NCBI GenBank assembly: GCA_958402495.1
Contig: CATXTS010000001.1
Location: forward strand, 1-53,201
Reading direction: 5' to 3'
Length of the DNA stretch: 53,201 nucleotides
DNA from: an uncultured Clostridiaceae bacterium
GTDB lineage: Bacteria; Bacillota; Clostridia; TANB77; CAG-508
Part shown: in pieces, positions 20,441 to 28,905 of the stretch
Position numbering within the stretch: position 1 is the first letter of the stretch
Layout: each line of letters starts with the position of its first letter
The notes under the pieces: generated by a model
What the model was told of the DNA's origin: nothing
What the model saw: only the letters and a program-made list of their open reading frames with translations
Databases searched by the model: none
Made by a program: the position numbers and the translations under genes

Positions 20441-21226
20441 ATGGTACAGATAAAAACAAAAGTAGATAATGTATATATACAGTATATAAAAAAGGGGGAA
20501 GGAAAAGCGGTTTTAATTTTACCAGGATGGGGAACTACTATAGAGACATATAGAAATATGATAGACGCTATTGCAACATATGCTAGAGTGTATTGCTTAG
20601 ATATACCAGGGTTTGGAAATTCACAAGAACCAGAAAAAAGTTGGCATTTAGAGGATTATGTAGATTGCATAATTCATTTTATAGAAAAGCAACATATACA
20701 AGAAATAAATTTAATTGGACATTCTAATGGTGGCAGAATTCTTATAAGATTAATGAACAGAAAAGATTTGAGTTTTAAGGTAAATAGAATCATATTAATA
20801 GGAAGTGCAGGAATTATTCATCAGAAAACAGGTATACAAAGAATAAAAATACAATGTTTTAAATTAGGAAAAAGGATTTTAGAATTAAAGCAGATAAATG
20901 CTATATTCCCAAATGCTTTGATAAAACTAAAACAATTATTAGGTTCAAAAGATTATAAAGAAGCAACACCAATTATGAGACAGTCTCTGGTGTACTTAGT
21001 AAATGAAGATTTACAATCAGAATTAGAAAATATAATGGTTCCAACCTTATTAATATGGGGAGAACAAGATAAACAAACACCAATAGAGGATGCTGAAATT
21101 ATGCAAAGATTAATACCAAATGCAATGCTACTTAAGATAGAAGGAAGTACACATTATGTGTTTTTAGAAAAGCCAGACTATGTAAATGAAAAAATAAAAG
21201 CATTCTTGAAGAAGGGGGGATATTAA
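20441..21226 (+). CDS. alpha/beta hydrolase
   Basis: Nucleophile elbow GHSNGG, with LPGWG upstream. The C-terminal His lies in GSTHYVF. Confidence 0.75.
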   Translation: MVQIKTKVDNVYIQYIKKGEGKAVLILPGWGTTIETYRNMIDAIATYARVYCLDIPGFGNSQEPEKSWHLEDYVDCIIHFIEKQHIQEINLIGHSNGGRILIRLMNRKDLSFKVNRIILIGSAGIIHQKTGIQRIKIQCFKLGKRILELKQINAIFPNALIKLKQLLGSKDYKEATPIMRQSLVYLVNEDLQSELENIMVPTLLIWGEQDKQTPIEDAEIMQRLIPNAMLLKIEGSTHYVFLEKPDYVNEKIKAFLKKGGY

Positions 21227-21229
21227 AAT

Positions 21230-22792
21230 ATGTATATATTAATGATAGTAGGATACAGTGTTAGCTTATGCTTATTATTAGCATACTATATGCATATGTT
21301 TCAATTAAGTTCATATGTTTCTAAAAAATATATACATTGGATGAAAAACAATAAAAAGAAAATAGCTATACAAACTCTTTTAATGACAATGGCAATATTA
21401 TTATTTCATATTCAAAAAATAACAACGCAAGTATTTTCTTTGGCTTGTATATTGTTTTGTATGATTTATAGTGTTCCAAAAAATAAAATAAAAATACCAT
21501 TAAAAATAACCAATAGAGTTAAAAGAATGGTTGTGACAGAAGTACTATGTATAATTCTTATATTGGGGATAAAGGATATAGGTAAATATATGTTACTAAA
21601 ACTTTATATTTTAAATGTTATAGCGCCTATTTTGGCTTGGATAGCCAATTTCATAAATTATCCAATAGAGTATCTAATAAGAAGTAAATATATTCGTCAA
21701 GCTAAAAAGATTATACAAGATATGCCTCAATTAATAGTGATTGGTATTACAGGAAGTTATGGGAAAACAAGCGTTAAAAATTTCTTAAAAGATGTATTAA
21801 GTGAGAAATTTGAAGTAATTGTTACTCCAGAAAATTATAATACTACAATGGGGGTTGTAAAAACCATACGTGAAAATTTAAAGCCAACACATCAGTTTTT
21901 TATATGTGAAATGGGAGCTACAAAGATAGGAGATATTAAAGAAATTTGTGATATTGTAAAACCTAAATTAGGAATTATAACAGCAATAGGTCCACAACAT
22001 TTGGAAACTTTTAAAACTATAGATAATATTATAAAAACAAAATTTGAATTAGCAACCGCTGTAAAAGAAAATCATGGAGTTATCTTTTTAAATAAAAATA
22101 ATACATATATACGTGAGCAAAAATTAGATATGGAAGTAATTTCTTATGGTACAGAGGATAAATCTTTAAATTATAATGCTTATCATATAAATTCTTCTTC
22201 GAAAGGAATTTGTTTTAATGTATTAGATAAAAACAATCAAGAAAGAATCTTTAAGACAGAATTAGTAGGAAAACATAACGTTGTAAATCTAATGGCAGCT
22301 ATAGCGGTTGCGAGTTATCTAGAAGTTCCGATAAACTACTTAGAAACATGTGTAAGAAATATGAGAGGTGTACCACATAGATTGCAATTAATACATAATA
22401 AAAAGTTTACGATAATAGATGATTCTTATAATGCTAATCCTGTAAGTTCAAGGTTAGCACTAGACACATTAAGTGAATTTGAAGGTATTAAAATAATAGT
22501 AACACCAGGACTGATAGAATTAGGAAAAGAAGAGAAGAAATATAATTTTGAATTAGGAGAATATATAGCCTCTGTATGTGATTATGTTGTTTTGGTAGAA
22601 GGAGGACAAGCCCAGCCGATTTTAGAGGGTATGCTTTCTAAAGGATTTAATCGAGATAAAATTTTGATTGTAGATTGTGTTCAGAAAGCTATTTCTAGAA
22701 TTCAACAACTAGATATAAAAGAAAATAAAACCATATTATTAGAAAATGATTTACCAGATAATTATGGTATAAAAATGTTAGTAAAGGATTAA
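21230..22792 (+). CDS. MurF-like Mur ligase with ~150-aa N-terminal multi-TM extension
   Basis: GITGSYGKTS P-loop sits at about residue 173 and the DDSYNANP motif is typical of MurF. The first ~150 residues are hydrophobic helices rather than MurF domain 1. Confidence 0.7.
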   Translation: MYILMIVGYSVSLCLLLAYYMHMFQLSSYVSKKYIHWMKNNKKKIAIQTLLMTMAILLFHIQKITTQVFSLACILFCMIYSVPKNKIKIPLKITNRVKRMVVTEVLCIILILGIKDIGKYMLLKLYILNVIAPILAWIANFINYPIEYLIRSKYIRQAKKIIQDMPQLIVIGITGSYGKTSVKNFLKDVLSEKFEVIVTPENYNTTMGVVKTIRENLKPTHQFFICEMGATKIGDIKEICDIVKPKLGIITAIGPQHLETFKTIDNIIKTKFELATAVKENHGVIFLNKNNTYIREQKLDMEVISYGTEDKSLNYNAYHINSSSKGICFNVLDKNNQERIFKTELVGKHNVVNLMAAIAVASYLEVPINYLETCVRNMRGVPHRLQLIHNKKFTIIDDSYNANPVSSRLALDTLSEFEGIKIIVTPGLIELGKEEKKYNFELGEYIASVCDYVVLVEGGQAQPILEGMLSKGFNRDKILIVDCVQKAISRIQQLDIKENKTILLENDLPDNYGIKMLVKD

Positions 22793-22811
22793 GAGAAAGG
22801 ATGAATAAATA

Positions 22812-24008
22812 ATGAAAATAAAAATTGGTGTATTTTTTGGAGGAAAAAGTGTAGAACATGAGGTTTCTATTATTACAGCTATGCAAGCTATAGAAAATAT
22901 GGATAAAGAGAAATATGAGATAGTACCTATTTATATAACTAAAAACAACGAGATGTATTGTGGAAATTATGTGGGAGATATAAAACAATACAAAAATATA
23001 GAGAATCTGTTACACATTAGTTCACAAGTAACATTAGCTAAAAGAAAAAATAAGGTAATATTACTAAAATGCAATAAAAAGTTTTATGAAAGTAGAATTT
23101 ATGATTATATAGATATAGCTTTTCCAATGGTGCATGGAACGAATGTAGAAGATGGAACATTACAAGGATTCTTAAAAATGTTTGATATTCCATATGTTGG
23201 TTGTGATGTCATATCTTCTGCAATAGGTATGGATAAATCAGTTTGCAAATGTATATTAAAGGCAAATAATATTCCTGTGCTAGATAGTAAATGCTTTACT
23301 TTAAAAGATTATAAAGAAAACTTTGAAAAAATTATAGAAGAAATAGAAAATAGCTTTCCATATCCTGTAATTGTAAAACCGATTAATTTAGGTTCTAGTA
23401 TTGGAATTAATATTGCTAAAAATCAAGAAGAATTAGAAAGTGCTATTATCGATGCATTTTTATATTCTAAAAAGATATTGGTTGAAAAAGCAATTGAGAA
23501 TTTACAAGAGATAAATTGTTCTGTATTAGGAGATTATGCATTTGCACAAACTTCAGAATGTGAGGAAGCTATTAAAACAGAGGATATATTAAGCTATAAA
23601 GATAAATATATAGGAAATGGAAAAAAGGGTATAATAAAAAAAGAGCATGTAAAGGATGAAGAGGAGGCAAGACTTCCTGCTAACATTAGTTTAGAAATGA
23701 AAAAGAAAATTCAAGAAATTAGTTTGAAAACATTTAAGATTTTAGGTTGCTCAGGTGTTATTCGTATAGATTTTATGATAGATAGAACGAATAATCAGAT
23801 ATATGTAAATGAAGTAAATACGATTCCAGGTTCTTTATCCTTCTATTTATGGGAGCAAACTAGTCTAACATATTCAAAACTAATAGATAACTTAATTGAA
23901 CTAGCTTTAAAGAGAAATCGTGAAGAAGAAAAAATAATTTATTCTTTTGAGAGTAATATATTATCAGGGTATTATCAAAATGGAATAAAAGGAAGTAAGA
24001 GAAAGTAA
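22812..24008 (+). CDS. ddl: D-alanine--D-alanine ligase family ATP-grasp enzyme (long form, 398 aa)
   Basis: KIGVFFGGKSVEHEVSIITA and the ATP-grasp core NEVNTIPGSLSF. It carries a Lys-rich insertion, KDKYIGNGKKGIIKKEHVKDEEE. Confidence 0.75.
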   Translation: MKIKIGVFFGGKSVEHEVSIITAMQAIENMDKEKYEIVPIYITKNNEMYCGNYVGDIKQYKNIENLLHISSQVTLAKRKNKVILLKCNKKFYESRIYDYIDIAFPMVHGTNVEDGTLQGFLKMFDIPYVGCDVISSAIGMDKSVCKCILKANNIPVLDSKCFTLKDYKENFEKIIEEIENSFPYPVIVKPINLGSSIGINIAKNQEELESAIIDAFLYSKKILVEKAIENLQEINCSVLGDYAFAQTSECEEAIKTEDILSYKDKYIGNGKKGIIKKEHVKDEEEARLPANISLEMKKKIQEISLKTFKILGCSGVIRIDFMIDRTNNQIYVNEVNTIPGSLSFYLWEQTSLTYSKLIDNLIELALKRNREEEKIIYSFESNILSGYYQNGIKGSKRK

Positions 24009-24179
24009 AAATAGAAAATTACAAGAGAAAACATGATAGCCAATTTTCCTTGAAAGAAACAAAGGATATATTCTAACACGATTGATAAAAGGATAGAAGG
24101 AATCCAAATTTTATTGAAAGATTTTTGAAAATATAGTATAATAAATAAGAGGATAAAGGGAAAGGTTAGTTGTGTGTAT

Positions 24180-24392
24180 ATGAAAAAAGAATATATATTA
24201 AATATTTCATTTGAGAATTGGACAAACCAATTATGGTTTATAAATGATGATACATTAGAAACAAAGAGGCAATGGGAAGAAAGCTTAGAGGAAATTTTGT
24301 TATTAAAGAAAACAGCAAAGGATGCTTTGCATTTTCAAAAGTTAGTAATAGAATATTTAGAGAATATCGGTTTTATAAGAGTTGAAAAATAG
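24180..24392 (+). CDS. hypothetical small protein
   Basis: 70-aa ORF starting at ATG 24180. No motif was recognised. Confidence 0.35.
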   Translation: MKKEYILNISFENWTNQLWFINDDTLETKRQWEESLEEILLLKKTAKDALHFQKLVIEYLENIGFIRVEK

Positions 24393-24416
24393 CTAAAACC
24401 AAAAATAAAAGAGGAT

Positions 24417-25278
24417 TTATAAATTCTCTTTTATTTTTGTGTATATATCTTTCATTTGTTTGGCATCTATACTTTGGGTACCTGCAGATTCACAAATGAT
24501 TCTAGGTTCTAAGTCCAATTTGAGCAATACACGTGCTAGTACTTCAAAATCAGGTCCACAATCTTTTTGTGCAAAGGTAACATGACATTTTTCACCACCA
24601 TGTTCTGTATAAAGCATTTTACTAAAGTGGCTATGAAAGTGTTTCATTCTTTCATAACCTAAAGCGTGAATGTATAAATTTAATTCTTTTTCCCAAGCTT
24701 CAAAAGTATTTAACCTACCAAGACTTCTACAATAGAGATGTCCAAAATCAATAGCAGGAATAAGCCTAGTGTCTAATTGACACAAAGCAATAACTTCCTC
24801 AGAATTTCCTAATTGATTGAATTTCCCCATTGTTTCTGGACAAAGGGAAATAGCACCCAAACCAAGTTGGTTTAATTGCTTAAGGGCTAAGCTTAATAAT
24901 TGCATAGCATGCTGTAAAGCAGTAGGCCTATCCATTCCAAGTACAGCACCGTGAATGAACAATGACTCTATCTGCACCCATTTTTTGCGCAGCCTGTACG
25001 GTATTTATAAGATAGGTAATAGAGTTTTGCCTTTTTCTTTCATCTTCTGTAGAAAGTGAAATATAATAAGGAGCATGTACACTAAGAGAAATGCCATATT
25101 TCTGACTTTCTTGTTTAATTAGCATAGCTTTTTCATCACTAACGCGAACACCTCTGGAACATTGATATTCATAGGCATTTAAGTCAAAAGTACTTAAATA
25201 TTGTGGCATAAATTCAGATTTATTAAAACCCTTATCATAGAAATCTTTTGGATTTCCCGCTGAACCAAATTTTATCAT
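24417..25278 (-). pseudogene. AP endonuclease family 2 / endonuclease IV-like TIM-barrel gene split by a 1-nt frameshift near 24951
   Basis: The upper ORF ends ...GADRVIVHSRCCTWNG*. The lower ORF reads ...FIHGAVLGMDR...PETMGK...IDFGHLYC...HSHFSKMLYTEHGGEKCH, which are the metal-ligand motifs of the Endo IV / xylose isomerase-like fold. Removing plus-strand G24951 gives VIVHSGAVLG. Confidence 0.7.
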
Positions 25279-25386
25279 GATTTTCTTTCCTTTTTATAGA
25301 TTTTCCTTATTATATACCAATTAATAGAGGTTTCATACCAAAATAGCTAAGAATATAACAAATTCATGTAAAAAAGAAAAATTCTT

Positions 25387-25436
25387 AAAAATAGCACTTA
25401 TTTAGGAAGATAAAAAACCTAAATAAGTGCTATTTT
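25387..25436 (-). terminator. terminator of the 88-aa gene (19-bp perfect stem)
   Basis: aaaatagcacttatttagg / cctaaataagtgctatttt. A T-run follows on the minus strand. Confidence 0.8.
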
Positions 25437-25457
25437 TATATATCTATGATTTAAAGT

Positions 25458-25724
25458 TTATAATTCACAATTGAATAATTCTAATTTTGCTTGAAACATA
25501 GCTTCAAGACGTGTAATGACACTAACCATTAGCTCAACAGATTTATTGAGTGCTAATAGTTGTTCTGGAGTTACATTTTCCATAGCGATAATGGCTTGCA
25601 TCTTTTCGCCTTCCGCATTTAAAATGTGGGAAAGCGCGGTTTCTTGCATAGCTACGGATTCTATCAAATCGGTAATTGCTTGCTCTCTGGTACCTTCTCC
25701 AGGAGTAATGACTGGCATACTCAT
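25458..25724 (-). CDS. stand-alone copy of the ~70-aa helical module (hypothetical, candidate spore-surface component)
   Basis: 88 aa with RBS aaaggag. QAITDLIESVAMQETALSHILNAEGEKMQ... matches the C-terminus of the 693-aa protein at 49 of 70 positions in my hand alignment. Confidence 0.7.
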   Translation of the reverse strand: MSMPVITPGEGTREQAITDLIESVAMQETALSHILNAEGEKMQAIIAMENVTPEQLLALNKSVELMVSVITRLEAMFQAKLELFNCEL

Positions 25725-25771
25725 AAAAAGACTCCTTTATTTATAATTTTAATAGCAGATGACTATTAATA

Positions 25772-25798
25772 TACTATATGTTTTTTGTCGATTTTTGT
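25772..25798 (-). promoter_or_regulatory. sigmaK-like promoter for the 88-aa gene
   Basis: The minus strand reads AC-N16-CATATAGTA (-10 at plus 25772-25780). This matches the B. subtilis sigmaK consensus AC-N16/17-CATA-N3-TA. Confidence 0.35.
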
Positions 25799-25799
25799 T

Positions 25800-25827
25800 A
25801 CAAAAAATGAAGGAGTTACATAAAATA
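25800..25827 (+). promoter_or_regulatory. sigmaK-like promoter for the 134-aa / 693-aa gene pair
   Basis: AC (25800-25801), 17 nt, CATAAAATA (25819-25827). It sits back-to-back with the minus-strand element. Confidence 0.35.
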
Positions 25828-25844
25828 GATTAGGAGGTCTTTTT

Positions 25845-26249
25845 ATGAAATCAAAAAAAACAAATAGTTTAGTTAAAAAATTATCAGAGCTATTTTCATG
25901 TAAAAATCTAGAAAATAATAGATGCAATCAATGTTGCTTTAAGATTATTTGTGATAGCTGTGAATGTAAAGAGGATACTTGTGATGATGATAGATGCATT
26001 TGTGATGTTATCGAATCCATTGCACTGATGGAAGCTGGTTTAGCACATATTCTAAATGCAGAGGGAGAAAAATTACAAAAAGCAATTCAACTTTCTGACA
26101 ATGTATGTGATTTATTAGCAATCAATCAAAATGTTACCAATACGATTAAAAGTATAACAGACTTAGAATGTCTTTTAAATAGAAAATTAGATAATGCTTT
26201 ATCAAGAGAAATAGAAGGAGGTGGAGATTGTGGCAACTATATCAGGTAG
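25845..26249 (+). CDS. cysteine-rich protein carrying the helical module
   Basis: 134 aa with RBS aggagg. The Cys cluster is CNQCCFKIICDSCECKEDTCDDDRCICD, followed by VIESIALMEAGLAHILNAEGEKLQ... Confidence 0.65.
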   Translation: MKSKKTNSLVKKLSELFSCKNLENNRCNQCCFKIICDSCECKEDTCDDDRCICDVIESIALMEAGLAHILNAEGEKLQKAIQLSDNVCDLLAINQNVTNTIKSITDLECLLNRKLDNALSREIEGGGDCGNYIR

Positions 26250-28311
26250 AGTAATATTTGACAGAGCTAGAACAGCAAATGCACTTCCAGGAATGGAAGG
26301 AATTGCAAATGTTCCAGTTGTGTTGCAAAATATAGAAACGAACGAAAGATTAGCAGTTTTAACAGATAGTAATGGAAATTACGTGTTTTTAAATGTGCCA
26401 AATGGAAATTATCGTATTGTGGAAGCTTTTGGAGCACCAGCTGTGCCTACACCAGGCAATTTTAATAATGCAGTAGTAGGAAGTATTCCAGAAGAAGCAA
26501 TGCCACCAATTAGCTATGTAAGCAATCCACCACCAGGTACTACTAATTTAGATGCGACTACACCTAATACGATTTTTATAACAGTGGAAGATGCAGACTT
26601 AGAAAATCAAGATTTTTTAAATGGTCCTGTTCGATATACACCAATTAGCACTATTACAGATGAATGTGCAATCATTTCTCCTATTAATTTAATTAACGTG
26701 GCAGATAATGGTACGTTTGGTACTTTCCCAGCAGGAACACCTGCTAATACTGGTGCAAATCCAAACCCTTATCCAGGGATTGCGCCAGATTTCACGTATG
26801 TATTACCAAACCCAGACACCTACACACCAGATGCTGGTGAGTACACTATTCAAAATTTAATGAATAATTCTTTAAGTAATAGAATAGGGGCTTGGTGGCG
26901 TATTGCAGACCATACAAGTGGCAATGAGATTGGAAGAATGATGGTAGTCAATGGATTTGAGCCAGGTTCTGTATTCTTTAGAGATGTCGTAACCGTACAA
27001 CCAAATACTAATTATTTATTTAGTGCTTGGATTTTAAATATGTTTAAAGCACTAGGCTATGAAAATCCTGCATTAGGAGTAAGAATATTAGATGAAAATG
27101 GAAATGTATTATATAATGCGACCTTAGGAATCTTAATACCTGTTAATGTCAATACACCAGAGTGGAAACAAATTGGTACAGTTATTAATTCTAGGAATAA
27201 TACAACATTAACTGTAGAATTCTTAAGTGAGGGGCCAGAAGCAATTGGTAATGACTATGCAATAGATGATATTTCATTAAATGAAATAGAAGTGCCTGTC
27301 TTTACACCTATAAAAACAGCAAGTACTACAGAATTAGCAGTAGGAGAAGCGGTTACGTATACAGTAACACTTACCAATACTTGTGAAAGTGATTTAACAG
27401 ATGTCTTTTTCCAAGATATTCTTCCAGAGGGACTTTCTTTTGTTCCAAATTCTGTGGTTGTTAATGGAATAGCACAAACAGGTGTAAATCCTAATACAGG
27501 ATTTACTATACCTGATATAGCAGGTGGGCAAACAGCTACTATCACATTTTCAGCAGTGGCAACTTCTGTACCAACTCAAAATCCAACATTAAATCGTGCG
27601 ACTATTACGTATAACTATACGCCAGTAGAAGGAGGAATTCCAGAGACTTTTCAAGTAACGTCCAATGAAGTACCTGTAGAAATTTCAGAAGAAAGTGCCG
27701 ATGTGATGGTTGTAAAAACAGCAAGTCCAACTAGTGTAAATCCAGCAGATAGATTAACTTACCGTATTACGGTTACTAATAATGGACCATCTAATGCAGA
27801 AAATGTAGTATTAACAGATATGATTCCTAATAGTATTCTTAATCCAGAGTATTCTATAAATGGAGGAGTTACTTTTCAACCGTGGACAGGAAGCTTGAAT
27901 ATAGGAACCATGAACAGTTCAGAATCGGTAGTAGTTATTATAAGAGGAACGGTTATGCAAGATACCGATATGCCAATTACAAATACAGCACGAGTAACTT
28001 CTTCGACGCCAGACCCTAACTTAGAAAATAATACGTCTACTATTACAATTAATATTAGAGGTTCAAGATGTCAAGCTATTACAGATATTATAGAATCTGT
28101 AGCTATGCAAGAGACAGCTTTATCACATATATTAAATGCAGAAGGGGAGAAGATACAAGCAGCAGTGGCTATGGAAAATATTACACCAGAACAATTATTA
28201 CAAATCAATCAAAGTGCAACAAATTTAATTAATGGAATTTTTAGATTAGAAACTATTTTACAAGGAAAATTACAATTATTTTCTGGAAAATGTGAAGAAG
28301 AAAATAGCTAA
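26230..28311 (+). CDS. large multidomain surface-type protein: SdrD-B/Cna-B-like domain, jelly-roll (CBM-like) domain, two DUF11-like repeats, C-terminal helical module; no signal peptide
   Basis: GTG 26230 lies 8 nt after aggagg and overlaps the upstream stop by 20 nt. GNYRIVEA is the SdrD-B-like motif. AIGNDYAIDDISL marks the end of a CBM-like domain. LTYRITVTNNGPSNAENVVLTD and VTYTVTLTNTCESDLTDV are DUF11-type repeats. The C-terminus is QAITDIIESVAMQETALSHILNAEGEKIQ... Confidence 0.7.
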   Translation: MATISGRVIFDRARTANALPGMEGIANVPVVLQNIETNERLAVLTDSNGNYVFLNVPNGNYRIVEAFGAPAVPTPGNFNNAVVGSIPEEAMPPISYVSNPPPGTTNLDATTPNTIFITVEDADLENQDFLNGPVRYTPISTITDECAIISPINLINVADNGTFGTFPAGTPANTGANPNPYPGIAPDFTYVLPNPDTYTPDAGEYTIQNLMNNSLSNRIGAWWRIADHTSGNEIGRMMVVNGFEPGSVFFRDVVTVQPNTNYLFSAWILNMFKALGYENPALGVRILDENGNVLYNATLGILIPVNVNTPEWKQIGTVINSRNNTTLTVEFLSEGPEAIGNDYAIDDISLNEIEVPVFTPIKTASTTELAVGEAVTYTVTLTNTCESDLTDVFFQDILPEGLSFVPNSVVVNGIAQTGVNPNTGFTIPDIAGGQTATITFSAVATSVPTQNPTLNRATITYNYTPVEGGIPETFQVTSNEVPVEISEESADVMVVKTASPTSVNPADRLTYRITVTNNGPSNAENVVLTDMIPNSILNPEYSINGGVTFQPWTGSLNIGTMNSSESVVVIIRGTVMQDTDMPITNTARVTSSTPDPNLENNTSTITINIRGSRCQAITDIIESVAMQETALSHILNAEGEKIQAAVAMENITPEQLLQINQSATNLINGIFRLETILQGKLQLFSGKCEEENS

Positions 28312-28544
28312 AGGATATAAAATGGACTCACATAAAGCATGAGGTTATTTGATATAAAATCAGTAAAAACAATTAGCAAAAAACATTTTAAAAATTTTTG
28401 AGTTAGAAATAGATTCAATTGAATACCAAGAATATTTGCTTAGAGTTAAAGAAAATCAGAATACCGGAAAATTTATATGAAAGTATATTTCACAGATATT
28501 TATTCTAGGTGCATGCATTCTGTTAATTCGTATTTAATTTGACG

Positions 28545-28596
28545 TAAGTGGGGTAAAAGATTTAGTTTTAAAGTTTTACTCCACTTATTATTTTTT
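28545..28596 (+). terminator. hairpin plus T-run about 240 nt downstream of the large gene
   Basis: Stem agtggggtaaaa / ttttactccact, followed by tattatttttt. Confidence 0.45.
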
Positions 28597-28700
28597 AGAA
28601 AAAATTTATAATACAAGTGCTGTGATACAATAGGAGAAAAATAGAAAAGAAGTAAAGAATATGAAACATCTATATAAAAAAGAAAAATAATTTATGAAAA

Positions 28701-28832
28701 TAGCACTTTACTAGATAGCTATTATGTCATAATCTTGTGTATCGTTTAAAGGAATAGATATCGTATAACCATTAGATACATAATAAGCTATAGCAATTGC
28801 AAGACTAGTATTTCCTTTTTCTTTATTAGTGT
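28701..28832 (-). pseudogene. truncated PD-(D/E)XK endonuclease-like ORF (43 codons)
   Basis: RBS aggagg then MHFHTNKEKGNTSLAIAIAYYVSNGYTISIPLNDTQDYDIIAI*. This follows the N-terminal pattern KGxxxExxxxxxxxxxGYxVxxPxxDxxxYDLIxD of the small PD-(D/E)XK family annotated as group I intron endonucleases. It stops where the catalytic core should begin. Confidence 0.4.
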
Positions 28833-28905
28833 GAAAATGCATAGAAAAACCTCCTAACATTTATAAAATAAAAACAATGTAATATTTTTTATTACATTGT
28901 TTTTG

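Noticed and set aside
26221-26229. The track start codon GTG 26221 for the large protein.
   Set aside because: It overlaps the Shine-Dalgarno sequence aggagg (26216-26221). GTG 26230 has proper 8-nt spacing, so the CDS is called from 26230.
28320-28545. The ~230-nt non-coding stretch between the large gene and the hairpin at 28545-28596, considered as a possible sRNA or 3'-UTR element.
   Set aside because: I could find no promoter, conserved structure or repeat. Nothing beyond its length supports a call.
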